A stretch of DNA of 64,000 nucleotides, taken from the IMG/VR virus record IMGVR_UViG_3300025701_000006, positions 14,328 through 78,327 of that record. One strand, 5' to 3'. The number at the start of each line of letters is the position of its first letter. Positions within the stretch are counted from its first letter, which is position 1. Positions 9,716 through 21,900 of this stretch are shown piece by piece. Below the pieces are notes generated by a model, which made no database searches, was not told where the DNA came from, and worked only from the letters and a program-made list of their open reading frames with translations. A program made the translations under genes and the position numbers. This DNA is from a virus.

Positions 9716-9732
9716 AGTAAACCACAACAGGT

Positions 9733-9760
9733 AAAGAAGGGGGCATTAGCCTCCTTTTTT
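9733..9760 (+). terminator. Intrinsic terminator after nrdB
   Basis: AAGAAGGGGGC-ATTA-GCCTCCTTTTTT. Confidence 0.75.
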
Positions 9761-9783
9761 GTCTACTTTAGCGGAGAGCTGTA

Positions 9784-10065
9784 ATGACTAACAAATTCCA
9801 TACAAGAGCTAATTTAAGTCAAGCGTTGTACAGTATTATACAACAACACTATACAAGTATGGCTGCTCAAGAACAGATCATACCAAACACACTACCAGGC
9901 TTTGTATCAGAGGCTACACATCTTATGTGCTATGAACTAGCTGGTATAATAAACGATAACCTCTATGACATTAATAGATGGGAAAATATAAAAACATACT
10001 GTGACGAAGTATTAACAGTAATTAACGAAGCAACCAAACAATCAACAAAAACAAAGGAAGAATAA
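9784..10065 (+). CDS. Hypothetical helical protein
   Basis: 93 aa ORF with GGAG RBS; no secure motif. Confidence 0.6.
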   Translation: MTNKFHTRANLSQALYSIIQQHYTSMAAQEQIIPNTLPGFVSEATHLMCYELAGIINDNLYDINRWENIKTYCDEVLTVINEATKQSTKTKEE

Positions 10066-10066
10066 C

Positions 10067-10645
10067 ATGTCAGATTTAGCAATTTTTGAATTACCAAAAG
10101 AACCAACCCGTATTTGGGATTTATCAGTACCTGTAGTAACAAAAGGCAACGTTACGCAAGCATTTTTATCCAGTGCTATCGAAGATCCTAGCGAATACAA
10201 TGAGCTATGCTACTTACTGCGTACAGCAGAAGAAGGTACTACAGTAATGCTTCACTTAAATACCCCTGGAGGTATTATCGATTCAGCATTCATGATTGCC
10301 GATGCAATTATCAACTCAAAAGCACAAGTAGTGGCTAGGTTATCTGGTACTGTAGCGTCTGCAGGTACTATTATAGCTATGGCTTGTGATGATGTAGAAA
10401 CTAGTGCTCATTTATCTTTCATGATTCACAACTACTCCGGTGGTATGGCAGGTAAAGGTCATGAAATGAAAGCTAGGCAGAAGTTTACTGATGACCACTT
10501 GAATGACGCTTTTAAAGACTTTTATGCAGGATTCTTAAACGAAGAAGAAATGGATAAAGTAATTGAAGGTACAGACCTTTGGATGGGCACAGCAGAAGTA
10601 GCCGAACGTTGGGAACAGCGTAAAATCTATTTACAAGGGGAATAG
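10067..10645 (+). CDS. ClpP-like serine protease
   Basis: LNTPGG, catalytic ASAG (Ser) and FMIH (His). Confidence 0.88.
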   Translation: MSDLAIFELPKEPTRIWDLSVPVVTKGNVTQAFLSSAIEDPSEYNELCYLLRTAEEGTTVMLHLNTPGGIIDSAFMIADAIINSKAQVVARLSGTVASAGTIIAMACDDVETSAHLSFMIHNYSGGMAGKGHEMKARQKFTDDHLNDAFKDFYAGFLNEEEMDKVIEGTDLWMGTAEVAERWEQRKIYLQGE

Positions 10646-10646
10646 T

Positions 10647-10871
10647 ATGAATCCAGAAGATTCACAATCAATACTACAAGAGTTTTTAAATCCTCTTACA
10701 GATATGACAAAAGGAGAGGACATAGAACTAATGCCTTCTACAGATGAAACAAAGTACTTTAATACCCGAGACTTGATTATGCGGCACATTGACGGTTTAC
10801 TGCGTCAGCCTAAACTTAGTTCTGGCCAAGTAGAGCTCCTAAAAGCTCTTCTAAGCACTATTAAAGTATAG
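10647..10871 (+). CDS. Hypothetical protein
   Basis: 74 aa, tightly packed in the operon with an RBS. Confidence 0.6.
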   Translation: MNPEDSQSILQEFLNPLTDMTKGEDIELMPSTDETKYFNTRDLIMRHIDGLLRQPKLSSGQVELLKALLSTIKV

Positions 10872-10880
10872 GAGGACGTA

Positions 10881-11228
10881 ATGGACCCTATAGAAGGTAT
10901 TGTACAGTTTAACCTTGATAGAGGCCTTGTAGACTTTTGTCCTAAGGCAGAGTGTAAAATGCTGTTTGAAGAACTCCAAGAGTTCATTACAGCAGCTGCG
11001 CAACATGACACACCTGAGATGGTTGACGCTTTATGTGATGCTGTTGTAGTAGCAGTTGGAGGGCTTAGTAAACTAGGCTACGCTCCTGACACGGCCCTAC
11101 AAGAGACTGTAAAAGAGATAAGAAGCCGTAATGGCTCTTTTAATAGTGATACAGGCAAGTGGGAAAAAGATCGCAACCAAGATCCGTCTACCCTATATAA
11201 AGCAGATTACACAAAAGCTAAGAGGTGA
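10881..11228 (+). CDS. MazG/PRA-PH-like all-alpha NTP pyrophosphohydrolase
   Basis: EELQE ... EMVDALCD acidic helix pair; C-terminal GKWEK. Confidence 0.75.
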   Translation: MDPIEGIVQFNLDRGLVDFCPKAECKMLFEELQEFITAAAQHDTPEMVDALCDAVVVAVGGLSKLGYAPDTALQETVKEIRSRNGSFNSDTGKWEKDRNQDPSTLYKADYTKAKR

Positions 11229-11231
11229 TCT

Positions 11232-11558
11232 ATGGAATTTTTAATAATAGGTATAGTGTCTGCCTTAAACTTGATAGTTATTGTACACAAGTTTAAAAAA
11301 GGCAGAGTAGAAGATGGTATATTTGATTCTATTCTATTTGGGTTAATGGCTACAATGTTTGCAGGATCTTACGGAGGTATGGTAGTTGCAATGGTAGCAT
11401 CATTGATTATTTCAATATACTTATGGGCTAGTCCACCTAAGTTTTTTAAATCTTTTATAAAAAGTGAAGATGTCCAGTCTGTACTAAAAGATATAAAATC
11501 TACTGTACCTACTAGTAACACTAAACATAAAAACATTAAGGACCTAAATTTTGATTAA
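11232..11558 (+). CDS. Small membrane protein
   Basis: Two to three hydrophobic segments in the N-terminal 65 aa. Confidence 0.7.
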   Translation: MEFLIIGIVSALNLIVIVHKFKKGRVEDGIFDSILFGLMATMFAGSYGGMVVAMVASLIISIYLWASPPKFFKSFIKSEDVQSVLKDIKSTVPTSNTKHKNIKDLNFD

Positions 11559-11730
11559 GTCTATCTTCCAGGCTATCGGAATTGTTTTTGTGTGTGTGCT
11601 GTTAGTAGTACTAACTATTGCTACAATGTACTTAAGTTACATACTAGGCATAGGCTTCATGCTTATATGCCTAGTAGGTATTACTTATTACTTGCTAAGA
11701 CTATTTAGTCCCAAAAACATCCATACCTAA
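11551..11730 (+). CDS. 59-aa two-helix membrane protein (absent from ORF track)
   Basis: TTG start after AAGGA: MIKSIFQAIGIVFVCVLLVVLTIATMYLSYILGIGFMLICLVGITYYLLRLFSPKNIHT. Confidence 0.6.
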   Translation: MIKSIFQAIGIVFVCVLLVVLTIATMYLSYILGIGFMLICLVGITYYLLRLFSPKNIHT

Positions 11731-14700
11731 GTTTATAAGTGGGGGCATAGCTACAGTTGTTATTATATCAACAGGTGTGTATATTGGTGTTAATCCAAAC
11801 ACACCGTACTCATCCCCCGCTTTAATTAGCAAAGATTGATCTTGAATCATTTCTAGATCTAACCCAATACCTGCTCCGGCTAGCGTTATGGCAGTCCTGA
11901 CGGCATGCTGACTACCTGCCTGAGTAATTACATGCTGTATACGTTTTACGTATTTAGTAAACATCAACACACCAATCCTATTTAAATACTCCTCGCCTCT
12001 GCTGTTAGGTAAGTTATAATTAACAAAAGAGTTTAAAAGTTGCGTGTGTCTGCTTGTTTTAGCTGTAGCCAAAAATTGCTCTCTTTCTGCTTTACCTAGT
12101 ACCCTTCTTCTATCTGCTTTACCCATCCTATTTATCTGCTTTCTATATGCTAAAGGCAGGTCTCTTTTCCCATCCGCTTGTTGTTCTTCAATTATTTTTT
12201 GCTTTCTATTCATTACATCTCTAGCAATTAAATCAGACATTTGTAACACTTCTTGATTTACTTTATACCATGCAGTCTCTTTACTTAAGTAAAGCCACTG
12301 TAAAGGAGTTTTAATTAAAGAAGGCACCTTACCTAACAACTTGTCCATTCCATCGCTAATCTTATTAGTATCACCCAGCTTATACATATTTACATCTTCT
12401 ATTACAGCTTGGTACATTCCTAAATCAAACAACTCTTTAATATCACTTTCTGACATTTCTTTTTCTATACGTTTAATTTCATTACGTAGGCGAGTAGCCT
12501 TATCGTTATAGTCACTAATTTCTTCATTATTTTTAAATCTAGTAGTGCTGTACTCTGCCACCAAAGCGTTTAGTTCTACCTTTTTAGCTTCTACTTGTTT
12601 TTGTTTTTTCATAAATTTACGAACGTCTTTAAAGCTATTAGCATAAGCTCCAACAATTTCTGTTAAACCCATTCCTGTATTTAAGGCATACAAAACATTA
12701 GAAATTATGTTTACTATTAGTATCACAGGCATCTTAAGAAGTATGTTACCTTTAGCTACCTTAACAAGATCTACAAAGTAAGCTTCAAAAATATTTATAA
12801 TACGTTTAATAGTACTAGGTAACTTGTTTACTCCATAAGCATCTGTAAATCTGGCATGCGAGTAGCCAAAATATTGGTCCATCAACATACTAGGGATAGG
12901 TAAGCTTTTATCTTCCCTGCTGTTAATAAACCTTTGAAAGGAACTAGGTAGCTGATTAAACAGTTTACGCATTTCTGGATCTGAAGATTCCGCACTTATT
13001 AGGCTATACTCCATTAAGTTATTTTTGCTGTTAGGATTATCGTAAACATCTCGTAGGTTTTGTTTAATAAGCTTTAACGCATTGTCATTTTGTTTTTCTC
13101 TAGCAACTTTGTCTATTAATGTACCTGAAGTCTTTGAAAGTACATCGACTATACTTTTATTTTGCTTTAAAAACTTATTTTTATCTTGTTTGTTCATCAT
13201 GTTTCGGTAATCTACTACATTACCTAGGGCGTCTAAAACAGGTACAGATCCTTTTGGTATATCTTTAAAAGACTTACCGTTATAAAGTTCTTCATTTATG
13301 CGTATTGCTTTAGCATTTAACTGGTTTCTATCAGCTTCAAACCACGCTTGTGCATGTTTTTTAGAATCTTGAAATTGTGCATACCTTGCTTCTCTTAGAG
13401 TCATACCACGACTACCAGGATTTCCTAGACCTACAACACCACTTTGTCTTTCAGGCCTGCTATAGGTATCACTAATGTAAAACCCTATAGGTTCTGCACC
13501 TGATATATCGTTACCATCAAACACTGATGCTAGCTTAAATCCTTGCTTTTCAAGCTCTTCTTGCTCTGATACTAAAGCGTATTTAGTCTCTATGCCATCA
13601 TCAAACAACTGCTTTATGTAGCCTTCTATCATGTGCGATGAATCATTTTTAAACAGTGCCTTTTCTGAGCCTTGTTTAAACGCTTCATATAGATTAACTA
13701 CAGTCCTTACACCAGATTCTTCATTATTAATAAGGTCTACTACTAGTTGCTTGCTAAGGCCTTTTTGTTCTTCTAAAGCACTTAAAGAAGCCATTTCTTC
13801 TATTAACGCTTCTAATTCTTTATTTGTAGGTAAAATGTCGCTAGTCAAATATCCTTTTGCTATATTTCTACTACTAGTATTTTGTGCTTCATGTCCTTCA
13901 CCCGTGACCATAAACTCGCCTAATCCTTTAGCTTGTGCTACTAGCCAATTACCTCTTTTAGGATCTAGTTTTTTTATTCTTTTCTCTAGACGGTTTATTG
14001 CTTTAACTCTATACGCATGATCACCTATTAGTTTACTTACCTGATCAGTTGAATAACCCTTACCGTAGTTTTTGTTTTTATCAAACAGACTACTGGCATT
14101 TGACTCTAATAGTATTTCTGTTAAAGCTATCTTTTGAGGGTCGTTAAGCTCCTTACTAAACGCGTTTGTTATAGCTGTAGCTACGTTACCTACATGAGTG
14201 TTTCTGTATAAATCAATGTTATTAGTTTTTAAACCTAGGAGTTCTACAGGTCCTGATATCTCTTCTGTTACTTTAGGAAGAATACTTCTAACAATTTCTC
14301 TTATAGAGTTATCTGGCTTAATACCGTAACCAGTAAAAAAAGCTCCTGCAGCATCTCGGTAGTAGTTGTTGTATATAGCCTTAGCAAAAAACTTACTAAA
14401 GAAAAGAACCTTCTGTATATGGTTCATATTTTGCGGTATTTCTACTTTATTTTCTGTATCAAATACTTTTGATGCTGCACCATCTAGGAACTCTTCAATT
14501 CTGCCGTCTGTACGGTCTATTAAATCGCTTACTTGTGTAAGTAAGTTAGGATTGTCAGTCAGTTCTTTATCTGCAGTATTGTTTATTTCCGCTAACTTAA
14601 ACGCTAAAGTATGTACTTCTTTTCTAAGGCTTTCGTTTTTGTTTTTAAAAGTATAGTTACCCATAACTGCATTTATTACGTCTGAAAAGAATGTTTTAAT

Positions 14701-15939
14701 GGCCTCAAACATACCTGTTTTTGTTTTATCTTTTAGTTTTACCCCTTCAAGTAGCCCCATAAACCCGGGATTAGTTAAAGAGTACGCTATAAACTCATCA
14801 TTAGACGTTTCGCTATTAAATATGTAATCGTATCTGTCTTTAGCTTCCTTTGACGTTAGAGCAGGCTCTGCACGTTTTATGTCTTGCCATGTGATGTTTT
14901 TACGTGCCTGTGCCATCAAAAAGTTAAGGCGCTCTTTTAACGACGTAGCCTCTCTGCCTTCACTTCTAAGAGCCCAAGCTGTCATTGTATGTACAGTTTC
15001 ATGCATATACACTTCAGCGTTGCTCATATTAGAGCTAGTGAGTTTACTGGTGTTTAACAACATATGCTCTTTGTCTATATCAACCCATCCAGCAGCATGT
15101 TCTTGATTTTCATTAATAAAAATATTCATTCTTCTAAAGAAATGCTCATGCATGTTATCTAGTAAGCTGTTATACCAATAATACATCTTGTCAGTAGTAG
15201 GTTTACCTCCTATAGCGTGTAGATCTGCTAGCATATTCTTCATATCTTCTACACTACCATGTACGTAATTTTTCTTTAGGCTGCTTTTTTCATACCTAAA
15301 AGTTCCCTCATCAAACTGCTCGCTCGATTTTAAGATGTCCTCTGCACTAGCATCACTTTCTACAATTTTTCTCATACTAGCTAAATGACTGTTGGCACTC
15401 GTAGCTAGCTCTTCTCTACGCAGCTCTCTACTGACCCCTGAAGTAGTGCTGGCTATAACGGACCCAATACTTTTAAACTGAGGTATATACATTTTTATTT
15501 GACGTTCTTTAGATGCCCTAGATTCGTTTCTATCTAAATCAAAAGTATAAGTCTGTATATTTTCTTTACCTTTCCTAGTAACTTTAAGTTCTATTACTTC
15601 TATATTATTGGCATCTTTAGTTACTAAAGCGGACTTAACTACGTAATCAGCTCTTTCAGTACCTTCAGTAGGGCGTTTGCTTACAGCAGCCTTAAACACT
15701 TGCCCTAGCTGTTGCTTAGCTAGAACAGTACTTACGTCGTTAGTAAGCTCTGCTCGTGCAAACTCGTCTAACGCTGTAAAATCTTTTTCATTTAACAATT
15801 TAAGGGCTTTTTTATTTCTAGCTATAGACTCAGATAGTACTTCACCTTCTTTAGTGACTAGCATAGTTTTTTCTAGCTTTTCAGCTCTTGTTATACTAGC
15901 CTTAAAGGCTTTTTCTACTGTATTTATATCACAAACCAT
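11701..15939 (-). CDS. Separately encoded C-terminal part of N4-type virion RNA polymerase, with zincin motif
   Basis: HETVH plus downstream DEFIAY. FVNYNLP..EYLNRIGVLMFTKY..RI and AK.NILLK.PV...NII resemble the N4 gp50 C-terminal region as recalled. TAATG coupling to the polymerase gene. Confidence 0.75.
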   Translation of the reverse strand: MVCDINTVEKAFKASITRAEKLEKTMLVTKEGEVLSESIARNKKALKLLNEKDFTALDEFARAELTNDVSTVLAKQQLGQVFKAAVSKRPTEGTERADYVVKSALVTKDANNIEVIELKVTRKGKENIQTYTFDLDRNESRASKERQIKMYIPQFKSIGSVIASTTSGVSRELRREELATSANSHLASMRKIVESDASAEDILKSSEQFDEGTFRYEKSSLKKNYVHGSVEDMKNMLADLHAIGGKPTTDKMYYWYNSLLDNMHEHFFRRMNIFINENQEHAAGWVDIDKEHMLLNTSKLTSSNMSNAEVYMHETVHTMTAWALRSEGREATSLKERLNFLMAQARKNITWQDIKRAEPALTSKEAKDRYDYIFNSETSNDEFIAYSLTNPGFMGLLEGVKLKDKTKTGMFEAIKTFFSDVINAVMGNYTFKNKNESLRKEVHTLAFKLAEINNTADKELTDNPNLLTQVSDLIDRTDGRIEEFLDGAASKVFDTENKVEIPQNMNHIQKVLFFSKFFAKAIYNNYYRDAAGAFFTGYGIKPDNSIREIVRSILPKVTEEISGPVELLGLKTNNIDLYRNTHVGNVATAITNAFSKELNDPQKIALTEILLESNASSLFDKNKNYGKGYSTDQVSKLIGDHAYRVKAINRLEKRIKKLDPKRGNWLVAQAKGLGEFMVTGEGHEAQNTSSRNIAKGYLTSDILPTNKELEALIEEMASLSALEEQKGLSKQLVVDLINNEESGVRTVVNLYEAFKQGSEKALFKNDSSHMIEGYIKQLFDDGIETKYALVSEQEELEKQGFKLASVFDGNDISGAEPIGFYISDTYSRPERQSGVVGLGNPGSRGMTLREARYAQFQDSKKHAQAWFEADRNQLNAKAIRINEELYNGKSFKDIPKGSVPVLDALGNVVDYRNMMNKQDKNKFLKQNKSIVDVLSKTSGTLIDKVAREKQNDNALKLIKQNLRDVYDNPNSKNNLMEYSLISAESSDPEMRKLFNQLPSSFQRFINSREDKSLPIPSMLMDQYFGYSHARFTDAYGVNKLPSTIKRIINIFEAYFVDLVKVAKGNILLKMPVILIVNIISNVLYALNTGMGLTEIVGAYANSFKDVRKFMKKQKQVEAKKVELNALVAEYSTTRFKNNEEISDYNDKATRLRNEIKRIEKEMSESDIKELFDLGMYQAVIEDVNMYKLGDTNKISDGMDKLLGKVPSLIKTPLQWLYLSKETAWYKVNQEVLQMSDLIARDVMNRKQKIIEEQQADGKRDLPLAYRKQINRMGKADRRRVLGKAEREQFLATAKTSRHTQLLNSFVNYNLPNSRGEEYLNRIGVLMFTKYVKRIQHVITQAGSQHAVRTAITLAGAGIGLDLEMIQDQSLLIKAGDEYGVFGLTPIYTPVDIITTVAMPPLINLGMDVFGTK

Positions 15940-18900
15940 TATTTACACCCTTCAATTTTTTCTAATGCACTAACTAGGCTATCTACGTCCGAGACACTAG
16001 ATAACTCATCTACAATCTTACTCTGTACTGATGATTTTACCATAGATAACCCATCAATTACTTTATTAATAGCTTCAACTACTGTTTTATTTGTTATTTT
16101 TGTTTTTCTATTGTTGTAGTATGCTATTAACTTATCAGCTTTTTCAGGGTTTTGAATAATATCCTCTATAACATTATCTGCGTTTACATTATCTACACCT
16201 AAACGTTTATTTAGTTCTTTAAGCAGGGCCCTAGGAGCGGCCTCAAACACTTTTTTTAGTTCTGCAGCTTTTTCTGCAGACCTATCTACAGGTACGTCTA
16301 ATTTAACGGCTTTGTACATATTCTTAAGCGCGTTTTTGTAGCTAAGATCAGCAGAAGTCATACCTTTTTGGTACACCGCTCCAGGTGTTCCAACTAGATT
16401 TCCGTAGTAAGCACCTTCCATTAAACCATTTTCCCCATACCATAATTCCCTAGCTTTTTTAATGCCGGAAATTTCGGTTTTTAGGTTGCCTAATACACTT
16501 TTAGCCAAAGCAGGAAATGCTTCTTTAACCTTAGGGTCTGCGGCTTTTAGTCCTAATGCTGTAACTTTTTCAAAATCTTTACTAAAGGTCGTACTACTTA
16601 TTGTTTTTTCTAACCTATTTGCAAACTCCTGCAGCGCCTCTGCTAGTACATAGTTTTTCTTGCTGTTAATATCGCTAGGGTTACCTTCAGAGTTAATGGT
16701 TTCCATACCTTTTTGGTAAGCAAACCCTGCGTTGTCAGACTGGTTTAAAGGAGCAATTATTGCATCGTGTATTAAAGTTAAAGCACGTAACTGCAAATCG
16801 TTCATCATTAAGCTTATCTCAGCGCCATCAATAGCATGAAACGGTAATACAGAACCAGAACTTATTGCTTCTTCTAGGTACCTAACTAAAGGCGTTACAG
16901 TCCTAGTTTTAGTATTTTTGCCTTCTCCAAGCATAGTCTGTGGTTTTTTACGGCTTAGCTCAATCTCATTAGGAGATCTAGTGGACGTAGTGACTACAGC
17001 TATGACTGCTTTTTTCTCTTTAGCACCGGTAAGCGGGCCTACAAGGTATGGAAAGTCGTCCCATAACTCTTCTAGTACTTTTGCATGATCTTCTAAAGTA
17101 ACTACGTTATTAGGGTTTCTTTTTTGAATATCCTTAAGCTTGTCTACACGTTTTTTATCAAAAATACGAAATGCTACTTTAAACCCATCGTTAATAGCGT
17201 TTTGTACTTTAATAAAAGGCTTAAAGTTTGTTTCAAAAACAGTTTTTACGGCTTCTCCGTATGTAGCACTTACAGTAAACTCTAACAGCTGCTCTAAATT
17301 TCTAGCAGTATTAGTGCCTTTACGTGTTTGCGAAATAACCAATGGTACTTTAAGTTTAATATCTTTTAGTCTAAAGTCTTTTAGGGCTTGCTGGAGCTCT
17401 AATATATTTTTTATCTTTTTATCGCTTTTTGGGTATAAAAACTCTCCTCCTGCTGCCAGTAACTTTTCCGCTGTTTCTTTTGCAGTTAAGTCATTTTCAA
17501 AATCACTAGTCGCAATACCTTTTGCTATATCTTTAGCAACAGAAATACTTAAGTTTTTGACTATTCTTCCTACGCTAGCACTGTAGTTGAATATCATAAA
17601 CGGGTCTTTAAATAACGCACGTAATTTTTTGTCTATACTACTAGCAACACCTGAAGATCCAATAGTTTCACCTCCAGGGAGTAACTGTTTAATAGCTTCA
17701 AAGACTTTACTTCCAGACCTGCCTTCACCTCTTGATACCGTCAAAGAAGTACTGCCCGACGTTACTTCTTCATTAACTAGGGTGATAGTGTCCGTAGCCA
17801 TATTCTCATATGAATCTAAAAATCCTATCTCTCCTTTTTTTCCTGCAGCTAAAATATCCGCTGCAGACATACCTTGTGAAGGGTCAAATGGAATACCATC
17901 CCCTTTAAAACTAGACTGCAGTAGTACATCTTGATACGATTTAGTAATAATACCTACTCGGGCAAAATGAGAATGCATATCATCAAGTATAGGCATCTGT
18001 TGTATTTTATTGGCAAAACCACTAGTTAATGAGTCAAACTCTAACGACAGTGCAGAAGTAACTTTACCATTACCAGTAAGGGCATCTTGTACTTTTTCTA
18101 AAAAATCTAGTGCTTGTAATGCGTGGGAAAGATGTTCCGCTTCAAGTTCATACTCAATACCTTTCATATCAGCAGGATCTGCATCACTGCTACTGTCTGT
18201 ATTAGCGTCACCAGTAACTTCGGTATTTAAGGTTTCAATTGTAAACTTGCCTGTAGACATAATAGACTTTTTAGCTTCTGCTATTTCTGCTTTATTCATA
18301 CTAAGCACAGCATTACCATAGTCTATAATATCTTTAACATCCATCTTATCTACGCCCTTACCTAGGGCTTGTCCTAGAGCTAATCTCACAGTAAAGCTTT
18401 GATCTGCGTCCAAGGGGTCACTTACACCTTCTACGTTAAACTCTAAACCACCTTCTGTATTTGTATTTACATCATAAGTAAGTCTATGCAGTTTAGGTAC
18501 GATAAAAAATCTATGCAGTTTATCTGTTTGAGGTTGTGTAGTATTTGAATCTAGCATAAACCTATTGTTACTTGCATAAAAGTAAGGATAGTGCATAGAT
18601 GGATCTAAGTTACCTACTCTATCCATTTTTTCTCTAAGTAATCTAAGCTCATCAATGCTTTTTTCTATGTCTCTATTTTTAGCTTCTTGTACTTCTTTCT
18701 CATCGTAAAACAGGCTATCAAATTTATCACTTGTTAAATCAATAAAGCCTAGTAACGTTTTGATGTTGCTTTCATCTGCATCTACTGCTTCTAAGAACTC
18801 GTCAACAAGGTTAACATCGATACCATACTCGGTTTCCATAGCAAGCTTCATAGTCTCTTTAGCTTCCTCAGGAACAGTTATACCTGCTATATCGTTACGA

Positions 18901-21900
18901 ACCTCACTAACAGCTTTGTTGATACGATCTTTTGTAAGAGGAGAAAAAGAAGGCTCTTTACGCTCTGTAGTAGCCTCAGGAAACCCTTTTACTGCTCCTT
19001 CGTACTTTTCTACAAAAGCAGTTACTTCTTCTGTAAGAGCGTTATTAGTAAAGTTACCCTGACGTACCGGTCTATCTTTCAGATGAATAAAGAAAGTTTT
19101 AGTTTCAATTTCTCTAACTTCTCCATCTTTAAATAACCTAGCTATGTCATTTGAACTAGGGCTAGTACTGTCCAATATTCCTTGTTCTTGTGCTATTAAT
19201 ACTGCCATGTTGCCAAGGTCAGCAAGTAATGCCTCGTACTCTGCTGAAGATGTAGTGCTGTTTTTCTTTTTAGACAGACCAAGTTGCTTTAAGGTAGCTT
19301 TGCCCAAAGAGTTAGCTACAGTTTTAAGAAGTGCTCCGTTATCCCTAGCAAAATCACGCATTTCTTTAGTTACTTCATGTGGCTGGAGGCCTAGCATGGT
19401 AGCTATATCTTCGTCAGACTTATAACCTCTAGACACCTTTGCTTTATCATTAGCAGCCATTTCGCCTATAGCTAGGTACATAGCAGCTAAAACTTCTTTG
19501 TTAGGTTTGCCTTTGTTGTTAAACACTAAACCTCTAGCAGGGGAGTTATGCAAAAACAAGTTACCAGGTAAGAATTTACCATTTACTCTTATATCAGTTT
19601 GGTCTGATAGCTCTGCTTCACTAACTTTTGCTAAACTTTTATCTGCTGCAGTTACAAATTTATTTGCTGCTGTTTTTATGGCGTAAGGTAAGTTATCAAA
19701 AGATAGAGAATTAAGCACAGTAGTTTTGTCTGCTTTTACAAGCTTACCTGCATCCTGAACTACTTTTCTTGTACCTAAGAATATATGTTCATTACCGTAG
19801 AATATAGTACCTCTACCTTTATTAGCGGCTTCATATCCTTCTATTGCTTTATCAGACAAAGGATCCCTAGATAGTTTTACTACAACTTCACCAGTCTTGG
19901 ATTTTAAAAATAGTATCTCATACAGATCTTTTTTGTTTTTAGAAAAGGACTTCTCACCTAGTATACTGTTAATAACCGATTTACTTGTATTGCCTATACT
20001 TTCTAATAACCTACTAACAGCTTTTTCTTTTTTATCAAAAGAAAGGTCTTGATCTATTATACCTTGCCAATCTTTTAAAGCTTGCTTACCTGCTTTTCCT
20101 TTTTCCTCTTGAGCTTCAATGTACTTGGTTACACCGGCCTCTAGCGCTTTATCTTTAAATGCGATTGGGTCTGGATCTGTAGCTCCAAGAACTGCTTCTG
20201 CTTCATTTTTTACATCGTCTATAAAACGACGTTCTAAAAAAGATGTTAGCCTATCACTTTTACTACTAAAGCTGTTGTCTTTTACTGTATCGAATAAAGT
20301 AGAATACTCTTTTTTAGCAGCAGCTTTGGCTTCATCAGTAAGGGCTTCGCCTGTAACAGAGTCGATAGATGTCTCTATAGATCTATAAAGAGTCACCAAT
20401 GCCTCTTTGTTATCCTCACGAAACTGCGCAGCAGTATTGCTTTTCTCTAGTTTTTCTTTGTAATTACGTAAAGCTTTTTTATTATCCGCAGTTTCTTTAA
20501 TTAAGATATGGCGAGACTTATCTTTTAGAATAGCGTAACCTTTATCCTTTATTTTTTTAAGCAACGCTTCTTTACCTAGTGCTACTTCTTTGGTAAGTTT
20601 TCCTTGAACTAGGTCAGAGTCTAGTACAATAGTTGCTCCTGCTTCCATAGCAGCCACTAAGGAAGCTTCACCTTCTACACCTAAGTCAGGAACTTTAAAA
20701 CCTTTTTTAATACTTTTAGTACCTACACTATTTATAAGTACTACGTCATCAGCAGAAAACTCTTCATTATTTATTAAAAAACTATTAGATTTATAATAGT
20801 CACCTTTAAGAGCCCATTTAGCTGTAGTATCTTTTCCTAATATTACTTTGTTTACTTCAGATACTTTTTTGTTTAGGTCATTAAGAACTTTACTAACGCT
20901 ACTTAAGTAACTGGTGTCTGCTTTACGTGCAGTTTTACTGCGTCCTTCTTTTACAGGTATAGTAATACTTCCAGACATAACAGAAATATCATCAGTTTTA
21001 AAACTAGCATTGCTGCTGATAGTCTGCATTTCTCTTTTTATATCTTTTAAGTATACAGATTTCCTAGCTATTAAATCTTTAGCACCCTTAATGTTAGGTA
21101 CCATTTTACCGTTTTTAAACTCGACAGTAATTAGATAAGGGTCATCATACTTTTTAGTCTTATTATTGTACTTGTTGTACTCAGTTTTGACATATTGGGT
21201 TTTTTTAGACGTTAACGGTTTTTTATTTAAATCTGCTGCTACCCTTTTAGCTTCTTCTATACCTCTATTTAAAGATGTAACTGAAGCGCTAACAGAACTA
21301 TTAATCCTAGATAAAGCTACCATTTCACTGTTTATAGCTTTTTTGTTGGGATTAGAGCTTTCTAGTAGCCCTTTAAGCCTAGATATCCTAGCTGCGTAGC
21401 CAGTACTTCCTTTAGTAGCTTCATCTTCGACCGTAGTATAACTTTTTACTAAACTGTCATAACGCTCTACACTTACATTGTTACGGGTAGCGAAGCTTTT
21501 CATTGTAGTAGTAAATGCTTCATCGTAAGACCTGCCACTACCTAGTAGTGTATTAACTATGCGCTCCGCGTCTACACTACGAGTGTAATCTGTGTATTCC
21601 TTTTGCTCTTCATCAAGGTTAGGAGCTGACCCTAATACATTTCCACTTGTAGTAGTGCTATTTTCTACCGCAGTAAAATTCTCTATACTATTATTTCTAA
21701 CAAAATCTTGAATAACATCATAAGTCTCTTCTAATGTCTGACTTGTTTTTCCGGTAAGTGCAGACTCTAAAGCAACTAATTCAGGAGCAACCGAATTTGG
21801 CTCTATAGAACTATTGCTGTAACTTCCTGATTTAAACGTTGATACTATGCTATCAAAAGCTTTTTCTGCGGTAACATCATTACCGTCACCTAACACTTTT

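Noticed and set aside
9784-10065. Nucleotide-modification-associated helical domain
   Set aside because: Only a faint resemblance (W.NI..Y), with expected conserved residues missing; left as hypothetical.
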